Assembly (NCBI GenBank): GCA_043779265.1
Contig: JAYWEM010000163.1
Location: 1-33,329, forward strand
Direction: 5' to 3'
Length of the DNA: 33,329 nt
Source: a bacterium
GTDB lineage: Bacteria; Eisenbacteria; RBG-16-71-46
This document shows, in pieces, positions 17,135-24,797 of this stretch (the first letter of the stretch is position 1; every line of letters starts with the position of its first letter). The notes under the pieces were generated by a model. The model had not been told where the DNA came from. It saw only the letters and a list, made by a program, of their open reading frames with translations, and made no database searches. Made by a program: the position numbers and the translations under genes.

Positions 17135-18154
17135 TCAGGCGCCCGGAGTCGTCCGCAACTGGGAGACGCGCGCCAGGAAACCGCGCATCCACCTCGCCCG
17201 GGCGGCGCTCTGCCACATCAGGCGCTCGATCAGGCCCTCCTGCATCACCAGAGCCGGGAGGAACGTGGCATGCACCAGACCCGCATCCGGGTGCACGCAC
17301 CAGCCGCCCAGCTGATCGAGTCCGGTCCACTCGCGGGCCTCGGCCTCGTTCAGAAGCGCTGCCGTCGCCGCGAATCGCGCGCTCACGGGTTCGGCATCGA
17401 CCGGCGCAGAGAGCAGCACGAGAAGTCCCGATCCGAAACGCGGATGCGCTTGCGCCGTCTGCACACGAAGGAGTGCCGAGCCCGCGCCGGGTGCCGACCC
17501 GGGCCGCGGGTCACCGGGCGCGGCGGCGGGGAGTTCGGCGTGGAAGCCGCCGGGCGCAGGTTCGATCCGCGACCACGGAGCAGGCTGCGCCGACCGCACG
17601 GTCGCGAGTGCGCTCTCGCTGAGGGCGGCCCCGAGGGAGCCTCGCTCGGCATACGTGTGCCCGATCTCCGAGAGTGCCGATGGCGCCTCTCTCACGCCGC
17701 CTCCGGGCACGCAGTCCGCAGGAGGCTCGCCTCCCAGTTCCTGCGTCAGAACCGATGCGGCCAGCGACTCGGTGATCTGGAGCAGAGCCGCGTGCGCCAG
17801 GCGCTGCGCCGCCCATGCAGCATCGGAGGCTCCGGCGGTGACACAAGCGTGCAAGGAGACAAGCCCCGTCTCGGCGTCCCATCTCGCCGAGGACAGCCCG
17901 TGACGCGCCGCGTTCCACTGCGCGAGCCGACCGAACACGGCGCCGGTCCCCTCGACGCGCAGGGCGAGTGCGAGATCGACATGGACACGAACGAGGCGTG
18001 TGCCCGACTGGGAGCGGACCTCCTCGGCGTGCACCTGCTGCGGCGCACGCCAAGGCCACCAAGCGAAGCCGCGCGGCAGTTCGGTGGAGTACTCGGGCTC
18101 CGGATCGAGTGCGGAACGGACCTGCTCGACGATGAGGATCCCGGGATCACTCAC
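17135..18154 (-). CDS. Hypothetical protein
   Basis: 339-aa ORF starting 7 nt after the FKBP stop; no recognised catalytic motif. Confidence 0.7.
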   Translation of the reverse strand: MSDPGILIVEQVRSALDPEPEYSTELPRGFAWWPWRAPQQVHAEEVRSQSGTRLVRVHVDLALALRVEGTGAVFGRLAQWNAARHGLSSARWDAETGLVSLHACVTAGASDAAWAAQRLAHAALLQITESLAASVLTQELGGEPPADCVPGGGVREAPSALSEIGHTYAERGSLGAALSESALATVRSAQPAPWSRIEPAPGGFHAELPAAAPGDPRPGSAPGAGSALLRVQTAQAHPRFGSGLLVLLSAPVDAEPVSARFAATAALLNEAEAREWTGLDQLGGWCVHPDAGLVHATFLPALVMQEGLIERLMWQSAARARWMRGFLARVSQLRTTPGA

Positions 18155-18161
18155 GCACTGG

Positions 18162-18626
18162 CTACTTCACATCCACGAGTTCGATGTCGAAATCGAGCGT
18201 CGCGTTGGGAGGGATCACGCCGCCCCCGAAGCCGCGCGCGCCGTAGCCGAGGTCCGGCGGAACCGTGAGCCGGCGCTTGCCGCCGATCCGCATGCCGCGG
18301 ATCCCCTGCTCCCAGCCCTGGATGACCGAGCCGGCGCCAAGCTGGAACGTGTAGGGGACTCCGCGCTTGCTCGAGCCGTCGAACTCGGTTCCATCCATCA
18401 GGCGACCAGTGTAGTTCACGGAGACCATGGTCCCCGGCTCGGCCATCTTGCCGACGCCCATCTGGACATCCACATAGACGAGTCCGCTGGCGAGTCGATG
18501 CGCTTTCGTCTCCTGCGCGGGCGGGGTCGCGGCAGCTGGAGCCGACTTCGACGGACTGCCTGATGAGGCGCCGCAACCGGCGGCGACGAGTGCGACGAGA
18601 CAGAGGGGAATCAACAGACGGCGCAT
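18162..18626 (-). CDS. FKBP-type peptidyl-prolyl isomerase, lipoprotein
   Basis: RBS GGAGGT; lipobox VAAGC; VNYTGRL, VIQGWEQG, GGKRRLTVPPDLGYG, IPPNATLDFDIEL. Confidence 0.95.
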   Translation of the reverse strand: MRRLLIPLCLVALVAAGCGASSGSPSKSAPAAATPPAQETKAHRLASGLVYVDVQMGVGKMAEPGTMVSVNYTGRLMDGTEFDGSSKRGVPYTFQLGAGSVIQGWEQGIRGMRIGGKRRLTVPPDLGYGARGFGGGVIPPNATLDFDIELVDVK

Positions 18627-18716
18627 GGCAGGACCTCCGCTGGCAGCCCATGGGATTCGGTCCGGGACCGTCCCACAGGCTCCGCGCGGGCGGCAAGTGG
18701 GACCCGGGGACGCGCG

Positions 18717-18744
18717 TGAAGTCCGGGTTCGAACCCGCCGATAC
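18717..18744 (+). promoter_or_regulatory. sigma28 (FliA/WhiG)-like promoter
   Basis: TGAAG-N15-GCCGATAC upstream of the gene at 18816. Confidence 0.55.
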
Positions 18745-18815
18745 CCCCACGGACAGCCGGCTGCCCGAAACCCGGGCGCTTCCCTCCCCCCATCCCCTGA
18801 CCGGTGCGAGGCCAC

Positions 18816-19415
18816 GTGGATATCTCGAATCTCGTCGTCGCACGTTACAACGATGGTCGCGTCCTCAAGGGGACCACGCGCGATTTCTCGGCCAACCGCA
18901 CCATGTTCCACATCGAGGTGCAGGGCACGGGCGAGGTCATCGAACTTCGCTGCCGCCAGTTGAAGGCGCTCTTCTTCGTGAGGTCGCTCGAAGGCGACTC
19001 GCAGCGTCAGGACCTGCGCGGATTCGTCGATGGCCCGCAGGAGACGTCGCATGGTCGCAAGATCGCGGTGCGCTTCCGCGACAGCGAATTCCTGTGCGGC
19101 TACACGCTGTCATGGTCGCCCGATCGTGAGGGCTTCTTCCTGTTCCCCGCGGACACCGGTGCGAACAACCAGCGGATCTGGGTCGTCAGTGCCGCGACGC
19201 AGGAGATCAAGGCAGGGCCCGCCGCCGAGGCGCTCGCCGAGCGCGTGCTGGGCGAGGATGCCAAGCGCTCCCCCGATGAGCATGCTGCCCCGCCCCTGCC
19301 CGCCTCGACTTCGATGCCGAGGCCCGCTTCGAGTGCTCGCCCCTCGGCCGCGTTCCTCCGACCGTCAAACGCCATGGCGCGTCCGAAACCCGAGGATCGC
19401 ACCGACGCCGCCTGA
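18816..19415 (+). CDS. DUF6982-like protein with disordered C-terminal tail
   Basis: GTG start with GAGG RBS; VVARY.DG..LKG.T.DF, LKALFFV, GRKI.V.F.D.E...G, GFFLFPAD...NN.RI.V; ends DAA. Confidence 0.8.
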   Translation: MDISNLVVARYNDGRVLKGTTRDFSANRTMFHIEVQGTGEVIELRCRQLKALFFVRSLEGDSQRQDLRGFVDGPQETSHGRKIAVRFRDSEFLCGYTLSWSPDREGFFLFPADTGANNQRIWVVSAATQEIKAGPAAEALAERVLGEDAKRSPDEHAAPPLPASTSMPRPASSARPSAAFLRPSNAMARPKPEDRTDAA

Positions 19416-19439
19416 AGCCGGTCGGCGCGACAAAGGGAA

Positions 19440-19481
19440 AAGTCAAGACGCCCGCCGGAGAACCGGCGGGCGTCTTGACTT
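19440..19481 (-). terminator. Intrinsic terminator
   Basis: Perfect 19-bp stem AAGTCAAGACGCCCGCCGG-agaa-CCGGCGGGCGTCTTGACTT, running into TTTTCCCTTT on the minus strand; lies between convergent genes. Confidence 0.88.
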
Positions 19482-19504
19482 GTGCGTCGGGGAGCAGCCC
19501 GGAA

Positions 19505-19603
19505 CTACTTGCGGGCCTTCTTCTGGACGCGGGCCTTCTCGGCCTTCTTGCGAGCACCCGCCTTGGCGCGCTTGCGGCGCAGGCGCCACTTGTATGCGGT
19601 CAT
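19505..19603 (-). CDS. 32-aa Lys/Arg-rich protein, bS22/mS38/eL41-like candidate ribosomal protein
   Basis: MTAYKWRLRRKRAKAGARKKAEKARVQKKARK*; RBS GGAG 6 nt upstream; codons AAG/CGC/GCC; own promoter and terminator. Below the ORF-track length cutoff. Confidence 0.8.
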   Translation of the reverse strand: MTAYKWRLRRKRAKAGARKKAEKARVQKKARK

Positions 19604-19669
19604 TCTTGTCTCCGGCGCCAGGGCGCTTGGTGGTTGCTGCGAGCGCCCTTGCGGCGCACGCGGTTCGGC

Positions 19670-19699
19670 AGTCTACAGGCTGGAAGGCCCGCGCCTCAA
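19670..19699 (-). promoter_or_regulatory. sigma70 promoter for the small basic ORF
   Basis: TTGAGG (19699-19694)-N18-TAGACT (19675-19670). Confidence 0.65.
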
Positions 19700-19709
19700 G
19701 CCAAGTGGT

Positions 19710-20438
19710 CTATTGGAGCTCGAGGTACTTGAGGTCGACCGGGCCGTAGAGTCCTCCGCCCTGCCCCCCGAACCACTCCGAACCCTTGCGCAGGGCGTCG
19801 CTCGGCACATCCAGCACAGGCTGCCCGAGGTCCTCGACCGCGGCGATTCGCGGGGTCGTGGGCAGCGCATAGCGCTCACTGGCGAGGTAGTCCTCGAACT
19901 CGTCCAGCGTCCACGCGAACAGCGCGTCGACATCCCAGATCAACTGGACCTCACGGCCCCGGAGCAGATCGGGCGGGTCGTCCGGACCGGCAGCCTCGAG
20001 CCTACCGACCGCGCAGCAGTCACAGCCGAACCAGAAGTCGAGCGGACCCACGACCTTGAGGTTCTCGGAGATGCGCGCCTCGGTTGGCGCATCGCGCCAG
20101 ACGTTGCCGAGCAGCTCGGAGATCGTGAACAGATAGCGAAGCAGCGCCCGCGGATCGTCCGATGCGGCGCCACGAAGCCCCGTCGCCAGCACACGGATGT
20201 TGCGGATGGCCTCGAGCCGGACCCAGGGCGAGCGCCGATTGGTGAGCGCCGTCAGGTTGTGCAGCGAACCATCGAGTCGCTCGCGCGCGAGCGCGAGCAG
20301 ATCGTCGAATGTGCTGCCGCCCTTGTCGAGGAACTCGACGGTGCGTCGCATGGCCTGATTGAGCGGCAGATAGGACGCGCGCAGCGTCGCCCAGTCCTCC
20401 GTCAGGCGCTGTTTCGCGATCACATCCCAATCGGCCAT
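19710..20438 (-). CDS. Hypothetical protein with WFGCDCC motif
   Basis: RBS AAGGGAG before ATG 20438; perfect TATAAT at 20499-20494. Confidence 0.8.
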   Translation of the reverse strand: MADWDVIAKQRLTEDWATLRASYLPLNQAMRRTVEFLDKGGSTFDDLLALARERLDGSLHNLTALTNRRSPWVRLEAIRNIRVLATGLRGAASDDPRALLRYLFTISELLGNVWRDAPTEARISENLKVVGPLDFWFGCDCCAVGRLEAAGPDDPPDLLRGREVQLIWDVDALFAWTLDEFEDYLASERYALPTTPRIAAVEDLGQPVLDVPSDALRKGSEWFGGQGGGLYGPVDLKYLELQ

Positions 20439-20603
20439 GGGTTCTCCCTTCAGTCGTCGCGGGTGCGCTCCGGTCGCATTCCGAGGCTCGCCCATTATAT
20501 CCACGGTGCAATCGCCCGGCCACCGGACTCCGGGATGCCGTAGCCGGGCCGGGACTCTGACGTCGGCTGGACATCTCGGCGTGACGCCCGCGCTTCGCCC
20601 GCC

Positions 20604-21695
20604 TCAGCGACGGACGAGTTCCGGAGCGCGGGCCACCCGGACGACCGCGCCCGCCGCACTCGAGGCCCGCACCGCATCGAGCGCCGCTTGCACCGGTACC
20701 GCATCCGCCGCGAACGAAGGGGACAGCGGCTCCCCGTTCGTGATGGCGCGATGCAACCGATCGACGAGCACGCCGAAGGGTGCGATCAACGCCGGCTCGC
20801 CCTCGATCGGGTCGAGCGCCAGTTCAGTGGGGATCGCGATCTCCTCGGGGGCCTCGCCCGGCGTGATGCGCCACAGTCGGTAGCCGGTCTCGTCCCACCT
20901 CAGAGTCGCGTCCTCGCCATGAACCTCGAAGCGCTCGAATCGATAGGGCGCGGTGGCGTCGAGATCGACCAGCGCCGTCTCGCCCCCGCCGAACGTGTAC
21001 TGGAACGTGCACGCGTCGTCCGCTGTCGCGACGCCCTCCGGTGCGCCGTCGGCCGGCGAGCCCCGCCTCGGCTGCTGCACGCGCAAACTCCCCCACGCCG
21101 AGACGGGCTCGCCGAAGATCATGCGCAGACAGTCCGAGTGGTGCGACCCGAGCGCGCCGGTGATGCCTCCCCCACGCGCGCGATCGGCCAACCAGTTCAT
21201 AGCGCGCCCCTTGGCCGAGTGCCAGATCGGGTAGCGGCCGAGGATCTCCGCTCGCCTGGGCCGTCCGATCGCACCCTCGTGGATCATCGCAAGGGCGTGC
21301 GCACGCGCTGGGAAGAAGCGGAACTCGTGATTGATCCCGGTGACTCGCCCGGCCGCCTCGGCGGCGTCGCGCATCTCGACGGCCTGCCACAGGTGCATCG
21401 CCGTCGGCTTCTCACAGAGCACGTGAGCGCCGGCACCGATCGCACTCAGCATCATGGGATGATGCAGGTCGACCGGGGTGGCGATGCTGACGAGGTCCGG
21501 CGACTCGCGCTCGAGCAACTCCCGCCAGTCACAGTAGCTCGAGGGGATACCGAGCTCACCCGCGATGCGCCGCGTCTTCTCGGGGTCGGAACCGGCGATC
21601 GCGACCACTTCGTAACCGGCATGGCGCTGGAACCCGGGCGCCTGAACCAGACGGGCGAACGACGTTCCGAACAGGGCGACGCGTAGGCGTTTCAT
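20604..21695 (-). CDS. Gfo/Idh/MocA family oxidoreductase
   Basis: Rossmann N-terminus; DLVSIATP..LH; HVLCEKP; NHEFRF; GGG...ALGSH..D. Confidence 0.93.
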   Translation of the reverse strand: MKRLRVALFGTSFARLVQAPGFQRHAGYEVVAIAGSDPEKTRRIAGELGIPSSYCDWRELLERESPDLVSIATPVDLHHPMMLSAIGAGAHVLCEKPTAMHLWQAVEMRDAAEAAGRVTGINHEFRFFPARAHALAMIHEGAIGRPRRAEILGRYPIWHSAKGRAMNWLADRARGGGITGALGSHHSDCLRMIFGEPVSAWGSLRVQQPRRGSPADGAPEGVATADDACTFQYTFGGGETALVDLDATAPYRFERFEVHGEDATLRWDETGYRLWRITPGEAPEEIAIPTELALDPIEGEPALIAPFGVLVDRLHRAITNGEPLSPSFAADAVPVQAALDAVRASSAAGAVVRVARAPELVRR

Positions 21696-21830
21696 GGCGG
21701 TGATTCCCCCAAGGGGTTCGGCCAGCGTGGTCGGGCATCGTGCGGGGCGATCGTGGAGACGTCAACGACGTGTGCTAGCCTGCGCCGATTCCACGTTGAG
21801 CTCGTCATCCCCGTGACCGGAGGCTCTCCC

Positions 21831-22952
21831 ATGCGCGACTCGCGCACTCGCCAACTGGCGAAGCTGCTCGTCCACCACTCGACCCGGCTGAAGGCCGGCG
21901 AGGCGGTGCTCATCGAGGCTTTCGACCTGCAGAAATCGCTCGTGCACGACCTCGTCGAGGAGGTCCAGGCGGTCTCGGCGATCCCGATCGTCTCACTACG
22001 GGACCAGTCGGTGATCCGCGCGCAGCTGAGGGGTGCGACCGAGGCCCAGTTGAAGCTCCAAGGGGAGCTCGAACTGCAACAGATGAAGGCGGTGCAAGCC
22101 TACATCGGGATCCGAGGCGCCGAGAATGTCAGTGAGCTCTCGGATGTCCCGGGCGACCGCATGGCGATGTACCAGCGCCTGGTCGCCCAGCCCGTGCACC
22201 TCACCTACCGCGTCAACCACACGCGCTGGGTCGTGCTGCGCTATCCCAACGCCGCTATGGCGCAGTTGGCGAACATGAGCACCGAGGCGTTCGAGGACTT
22301 CTACTTCCGCGTCTGCAACGTCGACTACTCGCGCATGCGGGATGCCATGCAGCCGCTGGCCGAGCGCATGCGCCGCACCGACCGCGTGCACATCAAGGGG
22401 CCCGGCACTGACCTCCGATTCTCGATCAAGGACATCGGCGTGGTGCCCTGCTTCGGCGAGCGCAACATCCCGGATGGCGAGTGCTTCACCGCTCCGGTGC
22501 GCGACTCGGTCAAGGGCACGATCACCTACAACACGCCGTCCGTATATCTCGGGACGACGTACAACCAGATCGCCTTCACGTTCGAGGCCGGACGGATCGT
22601 CCGCGCGACCGCGACGCCGCAGGACAAGCTCGACCAGCTGCTCGACACCGACGAAGGAGCGCGCTTCATCGGCGAGTTCTCGCTGGGCTTCAATCCGTTC
22701 GTCCAGCACCCGATGAAGGACACGCTGTTCGATGAGAAGATCGCGGGCTCACTGCATTTCACGCCCGGCCAGTGCTACGAGACGACGGAGAACGGCAACC
22801 GCTCCAAAGTCCACTGGGATCTCGTGCTCATCCAGCGCGCGGAATACGGTGGCGGCGAGATCTGGTTCGACGACGAACTGATCCGCAAGGACGGTCTCTT
22901 CACCGTTCCGGAGTTGCAGGGGCTCGATCCCGAACGACTGGGGCGCGACTGA
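21831..22952 (+). CDS. M29 aminopeptidase (AmpS/AmpT family)
   Basis: RBS GGAGG; NIPDGECFTAP, GARFIGEFSLG, LFDEKIAGSLHFTPG, NRSKVHWDLV; extended -10 TGCTAGCCT at 21773-21781. Confidence 0.95.
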   Translation: MRDSRTRQLAKLLVHHSTRLKAGEAVLIEAFDLQKSLVHDLVEEVQAVSAIPIVSLRDQSVIRAQLRGATEAQLKLQGELELQQMKAVQAYIGIRGAENVSELSDVPGDRMAMYQRLVAQPVHLTYRVNHTRWVVLRYPNAAMAQLANMSTEAFEDFYFRVCNVDYSRMRDAMQPLAERMRRTDRVHIKGPGTDLRFSIKDIGVVPCFGERNIPDGECFTAPVRDSVKGTITYNTPSVYLGTTYNQIAFTFEAGRIVRATATPQDKLDQLLDTDEGARFIGEFSLGFNPFVQHPMKDTLFDEKIAGSLHFTPGQCYETTENGNRSKVHWDLVLIQRAEYGGGEIWFDDELIRKDGLFTVPELQGLDPERLGRD

Positions 22953-22965
22953 TCGCGCCGCCGGC

Positions 22966-24717
22966 TCAATCGAGCTGGACGATCCGCGTCGTGAACGTGC
23001 GCACGCCGATGTCGGCCCGCACGAAGTAGACGCCGCGCGACAGACGCACGCCATCCGCATCCCGCCCATCCCAGGGCAGGATGCTGACCCCCTTGGGGAA
23101 CGTGCGGGACGCCAGCATCCGGACGCGCCGACCCTGCAGGTCGAGCACGTCGACACGCGCCTGCCTCGGCGCATCCAGCTCCAGAACAATGGCGGGCCCG
23201 ACACCCGGAGGTGTCCGCTCCGCCCACCAGAAACGTCCGTCGCGGAACGGGCGATCCTCGAGATCATCCACGACGGGTGGGTCCTCGGGCGGCGGCGGCG
23301 GCGGCGGTGGAAGCGGTCGCGGAGGCCCGACGACGATCACGCCCGAGGCAACGGTCTGATCCGTGGTGCGCACGCGGATCCGGCTCACCGACGTGGTGTC
23401 CGGCGTCGCTGGATAGCGGCGAGCCACCCATTGATAGTCGGTCGAGTCGCCGGAGAGCGGGATCGAGGCCGGGATGCCCAGGCTATCGAGCGGGAAGGGT
23501 GTCTCCTGCCCCTGCGCATCCACGAGGAAGGCCGCGAGCTTGGGCTGCCCGCTCAGGAAGTTCACCGAGGCGATCCGGAGCGAAACCGTGTCCGCCTCGG
23601 CGACCGTGGTATCCGCCCAAGTGAGCGACTTGCAGTGGAAGAAGGGCGGCTGAACCAGGAAGAACTGCCAGCCCGAGCCCCAGAAGATCTCCCGCACCTC
23701 GATCCGGTCCCCGCTCACGAAGCTGAAGTAATAGCGGGTGCCATCGCGCAGCAGTTCGCTTGCGAACCAGTTGTGCGTGCTGTAGCCGAGCATCGTCGAG
23801 AGCCGCCCGCGATAGATCCATGCTGCGGGATCCCCCGTCGGATTGTTCGTCGTGAAGTAGCTGAGCGGCTGACCCGAACTCGTGGTCATGAACAGATACC
23901 AGAGGCCGTTGCGCTCGAAGAGATGCGGGGACTCGGTGAGCGGGTTGTACGACATCGTGTGCCCGGTGATGAGCAGCGGCTTCAGGTCCGTCCACTCCTC
24001 GAGCGCTCCAGTGGACCGGGCCACGCCGACGATCGTAGCGCTGGTATCGCTGGCGAGGTTGCCCGTGTAGTACATCAGGAAGCCGTTCGGATTCGCGGGA
24101 TCGGTCATCACGAACGGATCGCGGAACGCGGGCTGCGCGCTGAGATCCTTGCGCCAGCCCCAGGGCACGTTCTTCGCCGAGAAGACGGGCTCATCCCCGA
24201 CTCGATTCCAGGTCTCCAGATCCGACGAGACCGCGAGCCCCGTTCGCTGCGTCTGGTTGTACTCGCCCGGCTGATCCGACACACCGGTGTAATACATCCA
24301 ATAGAGGCCGCCGGACTCGATGATATGAGGAGCCCAGACGTGGCGATTGTCCCAGCCGAGGGGGTCGACCTGCATCACCGGCGGCCGCTGTTGCCAGATC
24401 CACAGGTCGTTCGAGACCGCGTGGCCGAAGTCGATCTCCGTCGATCCCAACGGCAGCGAGACGTTGTGCCGGATGTAGAACAGGTGGAAGACGCCGTCCT
24501 TCTTGATGACCGCGAAATCCTTGGGCCGGTAGGGGGCCCCGGGGATCATCCAGGAGGCTTGCGCGGGAGCCACGGCAAAGCACGCGGCGAGGAGAGCGAT
24601 GCTCGCCAGCAGGAGTCGCGCGGGATGTGAGAGCAGGACGCGCAAGCGCTTCACCTTGTGGGACGGGGGCCGAGGACCCCGGAACCCGGGGCCGCGTGGC
24701 CAGAGCCTGTGGACCAT
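22966..24717 (-). CDS. Secreted GH43/GH32-like five-bladed beta-propeller glycoside hydrolase with Pro-rich linker and FlgD-like C-terminal domain
   Basis: Signal ending PAQA; KDF...FHLFY, WAPH, FRDPFV, ESPHLF; poly-Pro linker; DLQGRRVR..WDGRDADG....GVYFVR. Start may be GTG 24654. Confidence 0.85.
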   Translation of the reverse strand: MVHRLWPRGPGFRGPRPPSHKVKRLRVLLSHPARLLLASIALLAACFAVAPAQASWMIPGAPYRPKDFAVIKKDGVFHLFYIRHNVSLPLGSTEIDFGHAVSNDLWIWQQRPPVMQVDPLGWDNRHVWAPHIIESGGLYWMYYTGVSDQPGEYNQTQRTGLAVSSDLETWNRVGDEPVFSAKNVPWGWRKDLSAQPAFRDPFVMTDPANPNGFLMYYTGNLASDTSATIVGVARSTGALEEWTDLKPLLITGHTMSYNPLTESPHLFERNGLWYLFMTTSSGQPLSYFTTNNPTGDPAAWIYRGRLSTMLGYSTHNWFASELLRDGTRYYFSFVSGDRIEVREIFWGSGWQFFLVQPPFFHCKSLTWADTTVAEADTVSLRIASVNFLSGQPKLAAFLVDAQGQETPFPLDSLGIPASIPLSGDSTDYQWVARRYPATPDTTSVSRIRVRTTDQTVASGVIVVGPPRPLPPPPPPPPEDPPVVDDLEDRPFRDGRFWWAERTPPGVGPAIVLELDAPRQARVDVLDLQGRRVRMLASRTFPKGVSILPWDGRDADGVRLSRGVYFVRADIGVRTFTTRIVQLD

Positions 24718-24797
24718 GCGATTATCCGCGGCTGCCGCCCCTGGCGCAACAGTCGTCTCAGGGCCACGCCACACGCCATCTTCCCGGAGTCCGAGCC

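Noticed and set aside
18722..18740. GGGTTCGAACCC resembling a tRNA T-arm
   Set aside because: No acceptor, D or anticodon arms around it; it is a palindrome inside the sigma28-like promoter spacer.
23288..23312. GGC trinucleotide repeat
   Set aside because: Encodes the poly-Pro linker of the glycoside hydrolase.
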